DNA of 58,211 nt. Origin: Polyangia bacterium. Lineage in GTDB: Bacteria > Myxococcota_A > Polyangia > JAAYKL01. Below the pieces are notes generated by a model, which ran no database searches, was not told the DNA's origin, and was given only the letters and a program-made list of their open reading frames with translations. Where the stretch lies: NCBI GenBank assembly GCA_050287845.1, contig JBNKCR010000006.1, positions 1 through 58,211 of the forward strand, in the 5' to 3' direction. Position 1 is the first letter of the stretch; each line of letters opens with the position of its first letter. Below, in pieces: positions 1 to 10,088 of this stretch. A program made the position numbers and the translations under genes.

Positions 1-150
1 CGCTTCCTGTATACTAATCGCTTTACAAATACAGGAGCATTATTTACGCACGCTGATGCTAATGGTCCACTGCCATGCGGATGTCAGAAAAATCGAGAAT
101 TTTATTTGAATCGAAAAACGGGGGTTTCTTCGTCGGGATCAGCTTTCGCT

Positions 151-300
151 CCGTCCCCAATACGCTTTTATACGCGATACGGTTGGTCCGTCCCCATCAC
201 GGTCGGTTGGTCCGTCCCCATCACGGTGTCCCCACGGTTATCACGGTTTTATACGCGATACGGTTGGTCCGTCCCCATCACGGTGTCCCCATCACGGTTT
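151..300 (+). repeat. Irregular tandem repeat cluster built on CGGTTGGTCCGTCCCCATCACGGT
   Basis: 24-mer at 180-203, 204-227 and 261-284; 38-mer TTTTATACGCGATACGGTTGGTCCGTCCCCATCACGGT at 166-203 and 247-284; partial GTCCCC/ATCACGGT units in between. Confidence 0.9.
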
Positions 301-364
301 TCAAGACGGTTTTGCTTTCGGAAAAGTTGGCGTGTAGGCCTAAAAGGGAGAAATGCTTCAAATC

Positions 365-763
365 TCAGGAGAAATGGTCGGAAATCACCTGCCAGCGGTC
401 GGATACTTTAATGAGCGTGAAAAGGTCGCGCCCTTTGAGGATCCGTTTCTGTCCCTGCTGCGTGAACTGGCATTCATAATGATACGCCACCACTGCGGTT
501 TTGTTTTCGGGAAACACCTTCACCCGCGGTTGGAGCTCTGTGAAGGACAAATCAGAAACATTGTTGCAGAACGAGGTCCATCCGGCGATGCAGGTCTTTT
601 GCCCCACCCGGAACTCAGTTTCACCGGCGCAGGCCGCAATCATATCGCGGTGAAAGTATCGATCCAGTTTCTCCGGTGTATTGCCGGTCGTCCAGAGCTG
701 ATTCATTTCCCGCACCACCGCGAGTACCTCTTCCTCTTCGTTGTTGGGTGTCCAATTTTTCAT
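365..763 (-). CDS. NTF2/SnoaL-like (DUF4440-type) protein
   Basis: 132 aa; pattern LDRYFHRDM...VKVFPENKTAVVAYHY...GRDLFTLIKVSDRWQVISDHFS is typical of the NTF2-like fold; 23 bp downstream of the ECF sigma gene. Confidence 0.75.
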   Translation of the reverse strand: MKNWTPNNEEEEVLAVVREMNQLWTTGNTPEKLDRYFHRDMIAACAGETEFRVGQKTCIAGWTSFCNNVSDLSFTELQPRVKVFPENKTAVVAYHYECQFTQQGQKRILKGRDLFTLIKVSDRWQVISDHFS

Positions 764-786
764 GTATGGTTTCCTTTCCGCAAATA

Positions 787-1692
787 TTATTGCACCCGAC
801 GGACCTGCGTGGCTTCCGCCGGTTCGTTCAGCATCAGTATTTCTGAAAACCGCTTGTCAGAAATCAGTTGTCTCAACGCATTTACCATACTGGGCCCCTG
901 CCATGCCGGATGTTGCCTATACAGACCACCCAACCCGTTGGAGATCAGTGCCGTAAACTCACTGTGATGCAGGGTGGCAATGGCGTGGGCACTGCTGAAT
1001 GCCGCATCCGCAAACTGCAGGCGCCTCTCGTCCACAATGCCCGCGTCAATAAAACTTTTCAGCTTACGGTTACACCGACACGTATTCTGCGGATTCACCA
1101 GTCCGCAATTGCGCTGCATGAACTGATACAGTTGCGTTCGACTGCGGCGGAGCTTCTGGCGAAAATTGTCATTTGTAATATCGAGTACTGCCGCACACAC
1201 CGTATCTGGCAATTCAAATATTTCGCCCAGAACAAACACAATGCGCTGTTCTCTCGATAGACACAGCAGCATTCCCAGCATGCAGCCAATACCAGCTTCA
1301 TTGACCAGGGCGCGCTTCTCCGGACCGGTTTCGCTGGTGTCCGGTATGGCGGCGAGGCAACTGGCATAACACGCAAAACTCTGAATTCCCTGCTCTGCCC
1401 GGCTCTGTCGATTCCATTGCAGCAGATGATTGCAGGCCACGCGGTACAGCCAGGTTTTAAACTTACTCTCTCGTTTGAAGGATGACAGATGGGTCACCAT
1501 GCGCAGAAAAATTTCCTGAGCCGCGTCCGCCGCATCGTCCCTGTTCCAGAGCATCCGCACCGCCAGGTTGTACACAAATTTTTCGTGTCGCAGTATCAAC
1601 TGCTCCAGGGCGCTTCGGTCTCCTTGAAGAGCGCTGTCAATCAACTGTTCGTCTGTTCTGTCCGTATTCAATTTCATCTCCTTCAACTGCAT
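787..1692 (-). CDS. ECF RNA polymerase sigma factor with Cys-rich C-terminal extension
   Basis: Region 2 DAADAAQEIFL...FKTWLYRVACN; region 4 LSREQRIVFVLGEIF...NFRQKLRRSR; extension CGLVNPQNTCRC. Start placed at ATG 1692 (1677 also possible) rather than 1812. Confidence 0.85.
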   Translation of the reverse strand: MQLKEMKLNTDRTDEQLIDSALQGDRSALEQLILRHEKFVYNLAVRMLWNRDDAADAAQEIFLRMVTHLSSFKRESKFKTWLYRVACNHLLQWNRQSRAEQGIQSFACYASCLAAIPDTSETGPEKRALVNEAGIGCMLGMLLCLSREQRIVFVLGEIFELPDTVCAAVLDITNDNFRQKLRRSRTQLYQFMQRNCGLVNPQNTCRCNRKLKSFIDAGIVDERRLQFADAAFSSAHAIATLHHSEFTALISNGLGGLYRQHPAWQGPSMVNALRQLISDKRFSEILMLNEPAEATQVRRVQ

Positions 1693-1860
1693 GCTGCCAC
1701 GTAAGGTCACACCGTTCATCGGGAACACATGGTTGGATGCATTCCGGCAATAGACTGTGACACAAACGCCGACATTTTTTAGTTTTGATGAAAAAAAAAC
1801 AATCAATACCAAATTTCCCGAAGGAATACATCTGGCGGGCGAGGTTTGGATTTCAGAGCC

Positions 1861-2892
1861 TCAGTTCGATGCGGTCTGATTCTGGAGGACTTCGGATGCT
1901 GCATCGAGTCGTTTCTCCATATTGCCAATGGCCAGTTCTCTGCGTTCCGGTTGGCTCAGGAAGGTCTGATGGTCGGCTTCCAGGGAAACAAAAATGGGTT
2001 CGAAAAATTCTGCGATGGCGGCAAAGTCACCTTCGGCGATTCGGTTGCGATAATCGTCCAGTTCCAGTTTCCGTTCAAAGAGTCTTTCTCTGGCGGTGGC
2101 ATAGCGAATGGCATTCCTGCTGTCCAGGTTCATCTCGGACTGGGACTTTTTCATGGCACCGTACGCGGTGGCGAGGGCGCCCAGACCGGCAAGAAGGGCC
2201 AGTTCCGGTTTCCACATGGCCAGAAAACCGGCGATGGCAGTGAAGGTGGATGACAGGAACAGTGACAGACTGGATTTGTTGACGGCATTCCTGTCCGCAT
2301 TTTCGTGCTGCGCCCGGCGCGCTCTGAAATAGTGGAGCTGATTATCGAGCAGAAACCGCCGGGTGTACTCAAACGCATACAGCCGGTCCTGCACGGTGTC
2401 CGTCGCGTGTTCCAGCACTGTCTTGAAATATTTCAACCGCCTGGCTTCCGCTTTCGCGCGGGTTTCCAGCCATCGATTGAGCAGGCGACCATTCTGCACC
2501 TGTCTCAGCCACATGGCGCCAAGGCCCGAGGCAATGAAGCCCGCAAGGCCCATGCCCCGCACCACCCACACTCCCATATCGCCAATCAGCGAATGAAGCC
2601 CACCGGAAACCATCAGCAGCGCACCGAACATGGCAGTGGCAAACACGGCTCTGTTGGCCTTGCCCACCGTTGACTTGAACAGGTTCTGCGCTCTGATGGC
2701 CACCTGATCGGTTTCCTCGAAGGATTCCGCCAGACCGGTCAGGCGCGCGCCGCGCAAGTCCTCCGCCAGAGACGGCGCCACCCGTTCGAATATGCGGGCA
2801 TGTTCCGTGGGCGCCACTCTCCAGTCCTTGTCCGAGTCCCCCGCGCCAATGGCATGAATGGCCGTGTTGATGGCATTCTGATTTTCAGACAT
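1861..2892 (-). CDS. Membrane protein with tandem SLATT/DUF4231-like 2TM domains
   Basis: Two hydrophobic helix pairs, each followed by a SLATT-like helix (WLETRAKAEARR; RNAIRYATARERL); QLHYFRARR precedes the second pair. Confidence 0.55.
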   Translation of the reverse strand: MSENQNAINTAIHAIGAGDSDKDWRVAPTEHARIFERVAPSLAEDLRGARLTGLAESFEETDQVAIRAQNLFKSTVGKANRAVFATAMFGALLMVSGGLHSLIGDMGVWVVRGMGLAGFIASGLGAMWLRQVQNGRLLNRWLETRAKAEARRLKYFKTVLEHATDTVQDRLYAFEYTRRFLLDNQLHYFRARRAQHENADRNAVNKSSLSLFLSSTFTAIAGFLAMWKPELALLAGLGALATAYGAMKKSQSEMNLDSRNAIRYATARERLFERKLELDDYRNRIAEGDFAAIAEFFEPIFVSLEADHQTFLSQPERRELAIGNMEKRLDAASEVLQNQTASN

Positions 2893-3146
2893 TTCAATCT
2901 CCTCTCCGGATGCATTGCTCCATTATTAAAAGACCGAAAAAATATCGGCAACAGGCGAACTGAACATGAAAGTTCACATCGGTCGTTTCTCGTAAACTGT
3001 ATTCATACCCGCATTTTGCCGGAAACGCTTCTCTCAATCCCAACTTCAGTCCAGAATGATTCATTTGTCACCGATGCAAAAACGTCAACCATATAAACTA
3101 TCCGGTACCAGTTTGACAAAACAAAACCAGTGACCAGTTTTTCACT

Positions 3147-5375
3147 GTGGAGAAGCGCCAGAGAAAATTTTGGACGTATCTTTGGGTCGCAACGCTTTCG
3201 GCGATGATATTGGCATGCCATCCGAGAAAATCCACCGATGAAAAAAAAGACACCGTTTCGAGCGCCGTCTCCGATGACAGCCTTGGAAAGAAACCACAGA
3301 CCTGGGGTACAGAAATGAACAGACTATCCAACGAAAAAAGTCCGTACCTGCTGCAGCACAAAGACAATCCGGTACACTGGTTTCCATGGTCCGACATGGC
3401 ATTTGAGATGGCCGAATCCGAAAACAAGCCCATTTTCCTCTCTATCGGGTACGCTACCTGTCACTGGTGCCACGTGATGGCCCACGAGTCTTTTGAAGAT
3501 GAAGAAGTCGCCGGACTGCTCAACCGCCATTTTATTTCCATCAAGGTGGACCGGGAAGAACGTCCGGATATTGATCATATTTACATGTCCGTGGCGCAAC
3601 TGATGACCGGCCGTGGCGGATGGCCCCTGACCATCATTATGACTCCCGACAAAAAGCCGTTCTTCGCGGCCACCTACATTCCCAGAGAATCGAGGTTCGG
3701 CAGCACCGGACTGATGGATTTGCTGCAGCTGGTGGCAGATAAATGGAGAACAGAGCGGCGCCGTCTGGTGGAATCCTCCGGTCAGATCACCGAAGCGCTC
3801 CGGAAACTGAATGCACCTGAAACCGGAGCGGCGCCGGATGCCACGGTGATGGACAACGCATTTGCCCGGCTGGCCAAGGCGTTCGACCCGGTGCACGGCG
3901 GATTTTCGAGAGGCACAAAATTTCCCACCCCCCACAATCTGCTGTTTCTGTTGGCCTACTATCATCGCACCGGAGAAACAAGGGCGCTGCAGATGGTGGA
4001 AACCACGCTGAAACACATGCGGGCCGGGGGCATTTTCGATCACCTGGGATACGGGTTTCATCGCTACGCCACCGACAATGAATGGCTGGTGCCTCATTTT
4101 GAAAAGATGCTGTACGACCAGGCGCTGCTGATGCTGGCCTACACCGATGCAACCCAGGTCACCGGAAATCCCCTGTATGCCCGGGTGGTGGATGAAATTG
4201 CTTCTTATCTGAATGCGCGACTCATTTCTCCCGAGGGCGGATTCTTTTCAGCGGAAGATGCGGATTCTGAAGCCGTGGAAGGCAAGTATTACGTGTGGAC
4301 CCGGGACGAAATCAATTCCCTCCTTGACCAGACACAATCCACGGCGTTCAACGATTTGTTTCAGATTAAAAAGCACGGCAATTTCGACGCCCACCAGACC
4401 CCTCCCGGCACCAACATTCCCCACATGACACTGGACGGGCTGAAAAAATGGGTCGCGGAACACACCGCGGATAAAGTCATTTCCGACGCCAGACGCAAAC
4501 TCCTGGCCCATCGGGATAAACGCATCCCGCCATTGCTGGACGATAAAATGCTGACCGACTGGAACGGATTGGCAATCGCCGCGCTCGCCCGGGCGGGACG
4601 TGTGCTGCAGAACCCCACCTACACCACCATGGCAATCCGGGCTGCGGATTTTATCGGTGGCAAAATGATGGGTGACGACCACACCCTGCTGCATCGTTTC
4701 CGAAACGGGGACGCAGCCATCTCGGGACAACTCGACGACTATGCCTTCCTGATCTTCGGACTCATTGAACTGTACGAAACCACATTTGAACCGGACTATC
4801 TGGAAAAGGCCATTACCCTTGCCGCAGTAGCCCGCAAACAGTTCATTATGGATGATGGCAGTTACTGTCTTGCGGCAAGTGACGCAACTGACCTGATTGT
4901 CAGACCCCGGGAATTCTACGACGGCGCCCTGCCCTCCGGCAACTCGGTGATGCTCCACAACCTGACACGTCTCTCACATCTGACCGGCAACCCGGATTTA
5001 ATGCATCAGGCCAATCAGCTGGCCAGCGCATTTTCAAGTGCCGTCAATCGCACGCCGGAAGCCCACACTCAGTTTATGCTGGGCCTCTATTCGGCCATCG
5101 GCCCCTCCATGGAAATTGTCATCGCCGGAGAGTCGCAATCCGAACAGACCCGCGCATTGCTCGCCGCTGCGCAATCGGCGTACAATCCCAACCGCGTCGT
5201 GCTTCTGAAAAATCAACTGAATTCACGCCAGCTGGCGCAGCTGGCCCCCTACACCCGGGATCAGGTGGTGCTGAACAATCAGCCCACCGCCTATGTGTGC
5301 ACCCAACACACCTGCAAAGCCCCCACCCATTCCCCCGACGAAGTCAGAAAGAACATTGCTGAAATCATGAAATAA
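3147..5375 (+). CDS. yyaL: Thioredoxin domain-containing protein, YyaL/SSP411 family
   Basis: [61 protein letters not shown]-terminal lipoprotein-like extension (MILAC). Confidence 0.93.
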   Translation: MEKRQRKFWTYLWVATLSAMILACHPRKSTDEKKDTVSSAVSDDSLGKKPQTWGTEMNRLSNEKSPYLLQHKDNPVHWFPWSDMAFEMAESENKPIFLSIGYATCHWCHVMAHESFEDEEVAGLLNRHFISIKVDREERPDIDHIYMSVAQLMTGRGGWPLTIIMTPDKKPFFAATYIPRESRFGSTGLMDLLQLVADKWRTERRRLVESSGQITEALRKLNAPETGAAPDATVMDNAFARLAKAFDPVHGGFSRGTKFPTPHNLLFLLAYYHRTGETRALQMVETTLKHMRAGGIFDHLGYGFHRYATDNEWLVPHFEKMLYDQALLMLAYTDATQVTGNPLYARVVDEIASYLNARLISPEGGFFSAEDADSEAVEGKYYVWTRDEINSLLDQTQSTAFNDLFQIKKHGNFDAHQTPPGTNIPHMTLDGLKKWVAEHTADKVISDARRKLLAHRDKRIPPLLDDKMLTDWNGLAIAALARAGRVLQNPTYTTMAIRAADFIGGKMMGDDHTLLHRFRNGDAAISGQLDDYAFLIFGLIELYETTFEPDYLEKAITLAAVARKQFIMDDGSYCLAASDATDLIVRPREFYDGALPSGNSVMLHNLTRLSHLTGNPDLMHQANQLASAFSSAVNRTPEAHTQFMLGLYSAIGPSMEIVIAGESQSEQTRALLAAAQSAYNPNRVVLLKNQLNSRQLAQLAPYTRDQVVLNNQPTAYVCTQHTCKAPTHSPDEVRKNIAEIMK

Positions 5376-5389
5376 ATCGGTGAGCACCA

Positions 5390-6478
5390 TTATCCCGTCA
5401 GCGGTATCTCCCGCAGCATGGGGATGAACTTGTTGTTGGCTTTGGGAAATGCGAATTCAGCCAGCTCGTCGAGGGTCACCCATCTGAAATCCACCGGACC
5501 GTTCAGTTTTACCCGACCGGATGCGACGCTGCAGATGTAGACGTCCATTACAATTTTAAAGTGGGTATAGGCATGACGGACCGTGGTGAGTTTTTTTTCA
5601 ACGGTCACGTGGAGATTCACTTCTTCCAGGCACTCGCGCACACATGCCGCTTTCCCGGTTTCGCCGGGTTCCACACCACCGCCGGGAAATTCCCACAGCC
5701 CCCCCAGAAGTCCATCGGAGCTGCGTTTGCAGATGAGCAATTTTTTCCCCCGGGCAATGACCCCCACTGCAATATGACGGGTGGGCACCGGTTTTCTTTT
5801 TTCCACCACCGGATACCGGGTTACCTCGTCGCGTTGATATGACTCACAGAGGGATGCCACCGGACACTGGTCGCACACCGGATGCTTCGGCACGCACACC
5901 CTGGCCCCCAGTTCCATCATTGCCTGATTGTGGTCCCCCGGATGGGTGTGATTCAGAAACTGATCGGCAATGGGCTGGTACCCCCGATGACTGTCTGCCC
6001 CATTCACCGGCGCACTGGTGCGCGTCACCCGGGAAAGTACTCGCTTCACATTGCCATCCACTGCAGCCATTGGCCGGTGAAATGCGATGCTCTGCACCGC
6101 CGCCGCGATATAGGGACCCACCCCTTTGAGTTGTTGAAACGCCGCCGCATCGGCCGGCACTCTGCCGTTGAACGCCGACACGACCTGCCTCGCCGCCGTC
6201 TGGAGATTTCTGGCTCTGGCGTAATATCCCAGACCTTCCCACAGTTTGAGCACAGCATCTTCAGACGCCGCCGCCAAAGTATGGGGCGTGGGAAATGCAT
6301 CCATGAAACGTTTGAAGTACGGGACAACGGTGTCCACCCGGGTCTGCTGGAGCATGACTTCAGATACCCAGATGGCATAGGGATCGGACGTGTCCCGCCA
6401 GGGCATTTCCCGACGGTTGATCCGGTACCATTTCAGTAGCAGGGATTGAAATTGGGCAATGACAGACGATTTTCGCAA
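5390..6478 (-). CDS. mutY: A/G-specific adenine glycosylase MutY
   Basis: WVSEVMLQQT, WEGLGYYARARNL, VDGNVKRV, Fe-S motif CVPKHPVCDQCPVASLC, C-terminal NUDIX-like GLWEFPGG. Confidence 0.97.
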   Translation of the reverse strand: MRKSSVIAQFQSLLLKWYRINRREMPWRDTSDPYAIWVSEVMLQQTRVDTVVPYFKRFMDAFPTPHTLAAASEDAVLKLWEGLGYYARARNLQTAARQVVSAFNGRVPADAAAFQQLKGVGPYIAAAVQSIAFHRPMAAVDGNVKRVLSRVTRTSAPVNGADSHRGYQPIADQFLNHTHPGDHNQAMMELGARVCVPKHPVCDQCPVASLCESYQRDEVTRYPVVEKRKPVPTRHIAVGVIARGKKLLICKRSSDGLLGGLWEFPGGGVEPGETGKAACVRECLEEVNLHVTVEKKLTTVRHAYTHFKIVMDVYICSVASGRVKLNGPVDFRWVTLDELAEFAFPKANNKFIPMLREIPLTG

Positions 6479-6504
6479 GGGAGGCTCAACACTTTTCCTT
6501 CAAC

Positions 6505-6819
6505 TCATTGCGCCCGTTCCACAATGTTTCCCTGGGCGTCCTTCTTTCCCATGTACCGTTTGATTTCCACCTCGTTGGCATCCGGGACGTATTTTTTGGC
6601 CAGCTCATCGATTTGCGCTTTCTGCTCGTCGGTCACGTCCTCCGCCACCACAACGGTAACCGTTTTGACGCCATTGGCCTTCGATACGATAACTTTGTGA
6701 ACGTCACACACTTCGTTTTCGATGGCGTTGTGTGTCTGGCCGGATTGTTTTGCCATAGCGCAGCCCAGTACGGTGGCTGCAAACCCGAGTGCGAATAAAA
6801 TACTGATAATTTTTTTCAT
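6505..6819 (-). CDS. Small hypothetical lipoprotein
   Basis: MKKIISILFALGFAATVLGC lipobox; AAGGA RBS upstream. Confidence 0.7.
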   Translation of the reverse strand: MKKIISILFALGFAATVLGCAMAKQSGQTHNAIENEVCDVHKVIVSKANGVKTVTVVVAEDVTDEQKAQIDELAKKYVPDANEVEIKRYMGKKDAQGNIVERAQ

Positions 6820-6926
6820 GATGTTTCCTTACCATACCTTGTGAGGGGTTCAAGCCCGGTTGTCGTTTCTTTGAGATTGGACCGGATTCCGTCCGGCTGA
6901 TTCAACGCCAATGCCACGGTCCGGTG

Positions 6927-7775
6927 TCAATCGAATACAATCGTTTTATTTCCATTCACAAAAACCCGGTCGTTCACCACCAGGTCAAGGGCTTTGGAGA
7001 GCACTGTCTTTTCCACATCCTTCCCGGCCCGGGACATCATGGTGGAGGTGAACCGGTGATTCACAGGGACCACGTCCTGACCGATGATGGGTCCTTCGTC
7101 GAGATTGTCCGTCACAAAATGAGCCGTGGCGCCTATGATTTTCACCCCGCGCTCATAGGCCTGCCGGTACGGATTGGCGCCGATGAACGCCGGCAGAAAG
7201 GAGTGGTGAATATTTACAATCCGGTTTTTGAATTCGGCGACAAATTCCGGAGGCAGCACCCGCATGTATTTGGCCAGCACCAGATAGTCCGGATTATAGG
7301 TTTTAATGATGTTCAGCATCTCCATTGCATGGGCCGTGCGATCCCGGTTTTCACTGGATACCAGATGAAAGGGAATTTTGAATTTTTCCACCAGAGGCCC
7401 CAGGGTCACCCGGTTGGCAATCACCGCCTCAATGCTGGCATTGATATCGTCGAAGGCGCTGCGAATGAGCAGGTCTCCGAGGCAATGGGGTTCCTTGGTA
7501 GCCAGCACCACCAGACGCTTCTTGCACTTTTCGGCCAGTCGAACGTTGGCGCTCTCCGGTAACATGTGCAGCAATGCGTCGAGCAGTTCCTGGTGTTCCG
7601 CATCTCCCGAAAATTCAGTTCGCATATAGAAATGTCTGGTTTCCGGACAGACATGTTCGCGGTTTGAAAAGATGTTGACCGCGCGTTCAAACAGGGCGCC
7701 GGATATTTTGGCCACCAGTCCCTTTTCGTCGGGACAGTCAATCAGCAGGACGTACCGGTTGGATTTTCTGGACAC
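6927..7775 (-). CDS. purU: Formyltetrahydrofolate deformylase
   Basis: ACT domain CPDEKGLVA; LAKYMRVL, NIHHSFLPAFIGANPYRQAYERGVKIIGATAHFV, LDEGPII. Confidence 0.96.
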   Translation of the reverse strand: MSRKSNRYVLLIDCPDEKGLVAKISGALFERAVNIFSNREHVCPETRHFYMRTEFSGDAEHQELLDALLHMLPESANVRLAEKCKKRLVVLATKEPHCLGDLLIRSAFDDINASIEAVIANRVTLGPLVEKFKIPFHLVSSENRDRTAHAMEMLNIIKTYNPDYLVLAKYMRVLPPEFVAEFKNRIVNIHHSFLPAFIGANPYRQAYERGVKIIGATAHFVTDNLDEGPIIGQDVVPVNHRFTSTMMSRAGKDVEKTVLSKALDLVVNDRVFVNGNKTIVFD

Positions 7776-7993
7776 TTTTTATTCTCCTGGACACAAACGC
7801 TTTTCCATTCAGTTATCGATTGAGAATAATCACTGTTTGGGGAGATATTGCAAAAAATCGGTCAATTTTTCCCACATCTGCGAAACGTGCTTCCGGCGGA
7901 TTTCCCGTTAATTCCTTGCAAAACAGGAAAAATCCAATAGGTTTGCCCCTTACAGGACGGCGTGCCCGCTACCCGGCCGCCGCAGAGTGATTT

Positions 7994-9304
7994 ATGGGAA
8001 AAAGTATCAGACACAGCATCGTCGGCCCCACCGCCGGAAAATTCAAATACGAAATCCGGGAAATCGTTGCCCTGGGGAACGAGCTGAAGGACATGGGGCT
8101 CAACATTATCTGGGAAAACATTGGTGATCCGATTCACAAAGGCGAAGTGCTGCCCGACTGGATGAAGGAAATTGTCGTTGATCTGGTTCGCGACGATGAT
8201 ACATGGGGATATACCGCCACCCAGGGTCATCCCGATACCCGGAAGTTTCTGTGCGACCGCACCAACGCCCGGGGCGGCGTTCGCATCCGGCCCGAAGACA
8301 TTATCTTCTTCAATGGTCTGGGGGACGCAGTGGCCCGCATGTTCGGGTCCATGAAACGGGAGGCCCGAATCATTGGGCCATCACCGGCATATCCCACCCA
8401 CTCCTCCGCCGAGAGTGCCCACTCGGGATACGAACATGAAACCTACACGCTGATGGCCAGTGATGACTGGAAGCCCAATCTGGCGGAGATTGAAAATAAA
8501 ATCCGATATAACGATACCATCGCCGGCATCCTGGTCATCAACCCCGGCAATCCCACCGGCGCCGTGTACGACCGGCAAACAATGGCCGCCATGGTGGATA
8601 TTGCCAGAAGGTACGGTGTGATGGTCATTGCCGACGAAATCTATCAGGAAATCACGTACAACGGCGCGTCCCCCACCATGCTGAGTGATGTCATCGAAGA
8701 GGTGCCCGGCATCGCCCTCAAGGGGATTTCCAAGGAATTTCCCTGGCCTGGCGGTCGCTGTGGCTGGTTTGAAGTGTACAACCAGCATACCGACCACAGT
8801 TTTCGCGAATATATCGACAGTATCATCCACGCGAAGATGCTCGAAGTGTGTTCCACCAGTCTCCCCCAGCAGGCCATTCCCCGCATCATGGGAGATGCCC
8901 GATATCCCGCTCACCTGGAATATCGACGCAAACTGTTTGAAACCCGGACCAATGAAGCCTGCGATATTTTCAGCAAAGTGAAAGGCATCCGCGTCATTCG
9001 TCCCCGGGGCGCATTTTATATGGCAGTGGTTTTCGAGGATGGCGTTCTCAACGACAAACAGACCCTGAACGTGCGGGACTCAAAAATTCAGGCGTTCATC
9101 GAAGGCAGACTCAACGGACTGGAGCTCGACAAACGATTTGTATATTATCTGCTGGCTGCCCGGGGGGTCTGTGTGGTGCCCCTGACCGGCTTCTGCTGCA
9201 CCACCCTCGGCTTCCGCATCACCATGCTCGAATGTGATGATGAAAAACGCGTTCACACCTGGCGCACCATTGCGGACGCCATCACCGAATATCTGCAATC
9301 CTGA
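7994..9304 (+). CDS. PLP-dependent aminotransferase, class I/II
   Basis: WENIGDP, INPGNPTGAVY, IADEIY, KGISKEFPWPGGRCGW (PLP lysine), PRGAFY. Confidence 0.92.
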   Translation: MGKSIRHSIVGPTAGKFKYEIREIVALGNELKDMGLNIIWENIGDPIHKGEVLPDWMKEIVVDLVRDDDTWGYTATQGHPDTRKFLCDRTNARGGVRIRPEDIIFFNGLGDAVARMFGSMKREARIIGPSPAYPTHSSAESAHSGYEHETYTLMASDDWKPNLAEIENKIRYNDTIAGILVINPGNPTGAVYDRQTMAAMVDIARRYGVMVIADEIYQEITYNGASPTMLSDVIEEVPGIALKGISKEFPWPGGRCGWFEVYNQHTDHSFREYIDSIIHAKMLEVCSTSLPQQAIPRIMGDARYPAHLEYRRKLFETRTNEACDIFSKVKGIRVIRPRGAFYMAVVFEDGVLNDKQTLNVRDSKIQAFIEGRLNGLELDKRFVYYLLAARGVCVVPLTGFCCTTLGFRITMLECDDEKRVHTWRTIADAITEYLQS

Positions 9305-9329
9305 CAGTCTGCAAAATGGCGCAGAAAGG

Positions 9330-9974
9330 TCAGTCGCCGCAGGTGGTATTCACCGAAAAGCGGGCTTTGGCGCCCAATTGATCGATGATGAATGTCTGAC
9401 CATATTCAAACATGCAGCTGCCCTGGGGGATGTACTCCGCAAACGCCGTCAATCGGGCCACACCATCGGTCTGATTCTGAATCTCCGCCGATGCCGACAC
9501 CGGACATCCGTTGCGACTTTTGAGACTGACAACCACCATTGTCTGAGTGGTCCAGTCGATGGTCAACGGGACCGCCGGTTGCGCAAGGCATCCCATGGCA
9601 ATCAAGCCATTGTAGGCATCCAGATTCCGAATCACCAGGGCACCGGCAAAATAATCGCCGTGGGAATCAACGGGATAGCCACTTTCGGTCACCGCGTAAT
9701 CGGACTCCACCGCTTCCGGGGTCCACTGTTTTGCTATTTTTACAAACGCGAGTGCACTGAGACAGGTGATTCCGCTGTCAATGGTCGTAAAAGGAACCGG
9801 GGATTCTGTCAGTGCCTCCTCGGTATCGTCCTCCGCCGCTGCCGGGAGGAGCAATGACTTGAACTCCTCCTCCTCGCAGGAACCGCTGCCACATCCGGTC
9901 AACCCGGAACCGAACGCGACAATCAACCCGAACAACACAGCGACTGGCGGTAATATTTTTCTCATATCCATCAT
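9330..9974 (-). CDS. Hypothetical lipoprotein
   Basis: Hydrophobic N-terminus ending in LTGC; start uncertain (9974, 9971 or 9965). Confidence 0.6.
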   Translation of the reverse strand: MMDMRKILPPVAVLFGLIVAFGSGLTGCGSGSCEEEEFKSLLLPAAAEDDTEEALTESPVPFTTIDSGITCLSALAFVKIAKQWTPEAVESDYAVTESGYPVDSHGDYFAGALVIRNLDAYNGLIAMGCLAQPAVPLTIDWTTQTMVVVSLKSRNGCPVSASAEIQNQTDGVARLTAFAEYIPQGSCMFEYGQTFIIDQLGAKARFSVNTTCGD

Positions 9975-10088
9975 TTTACCCTCTGGTTCATCGTCAAACC
10001 CCATCGACGGGACCGCAGTTGAAAAAAGGTGAGCATAGCGAATTCGTAAAAAAAGAAAAGCGCGTATGGAGTGCGTGCAAAACCGGAC

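Noticed and set aside
75..479. Short plus-strand ORFs across the first repeat cluster
   Set aside because: Translations simply mirror the DNA repeats and overlap the NTF2-like gene on the other strand
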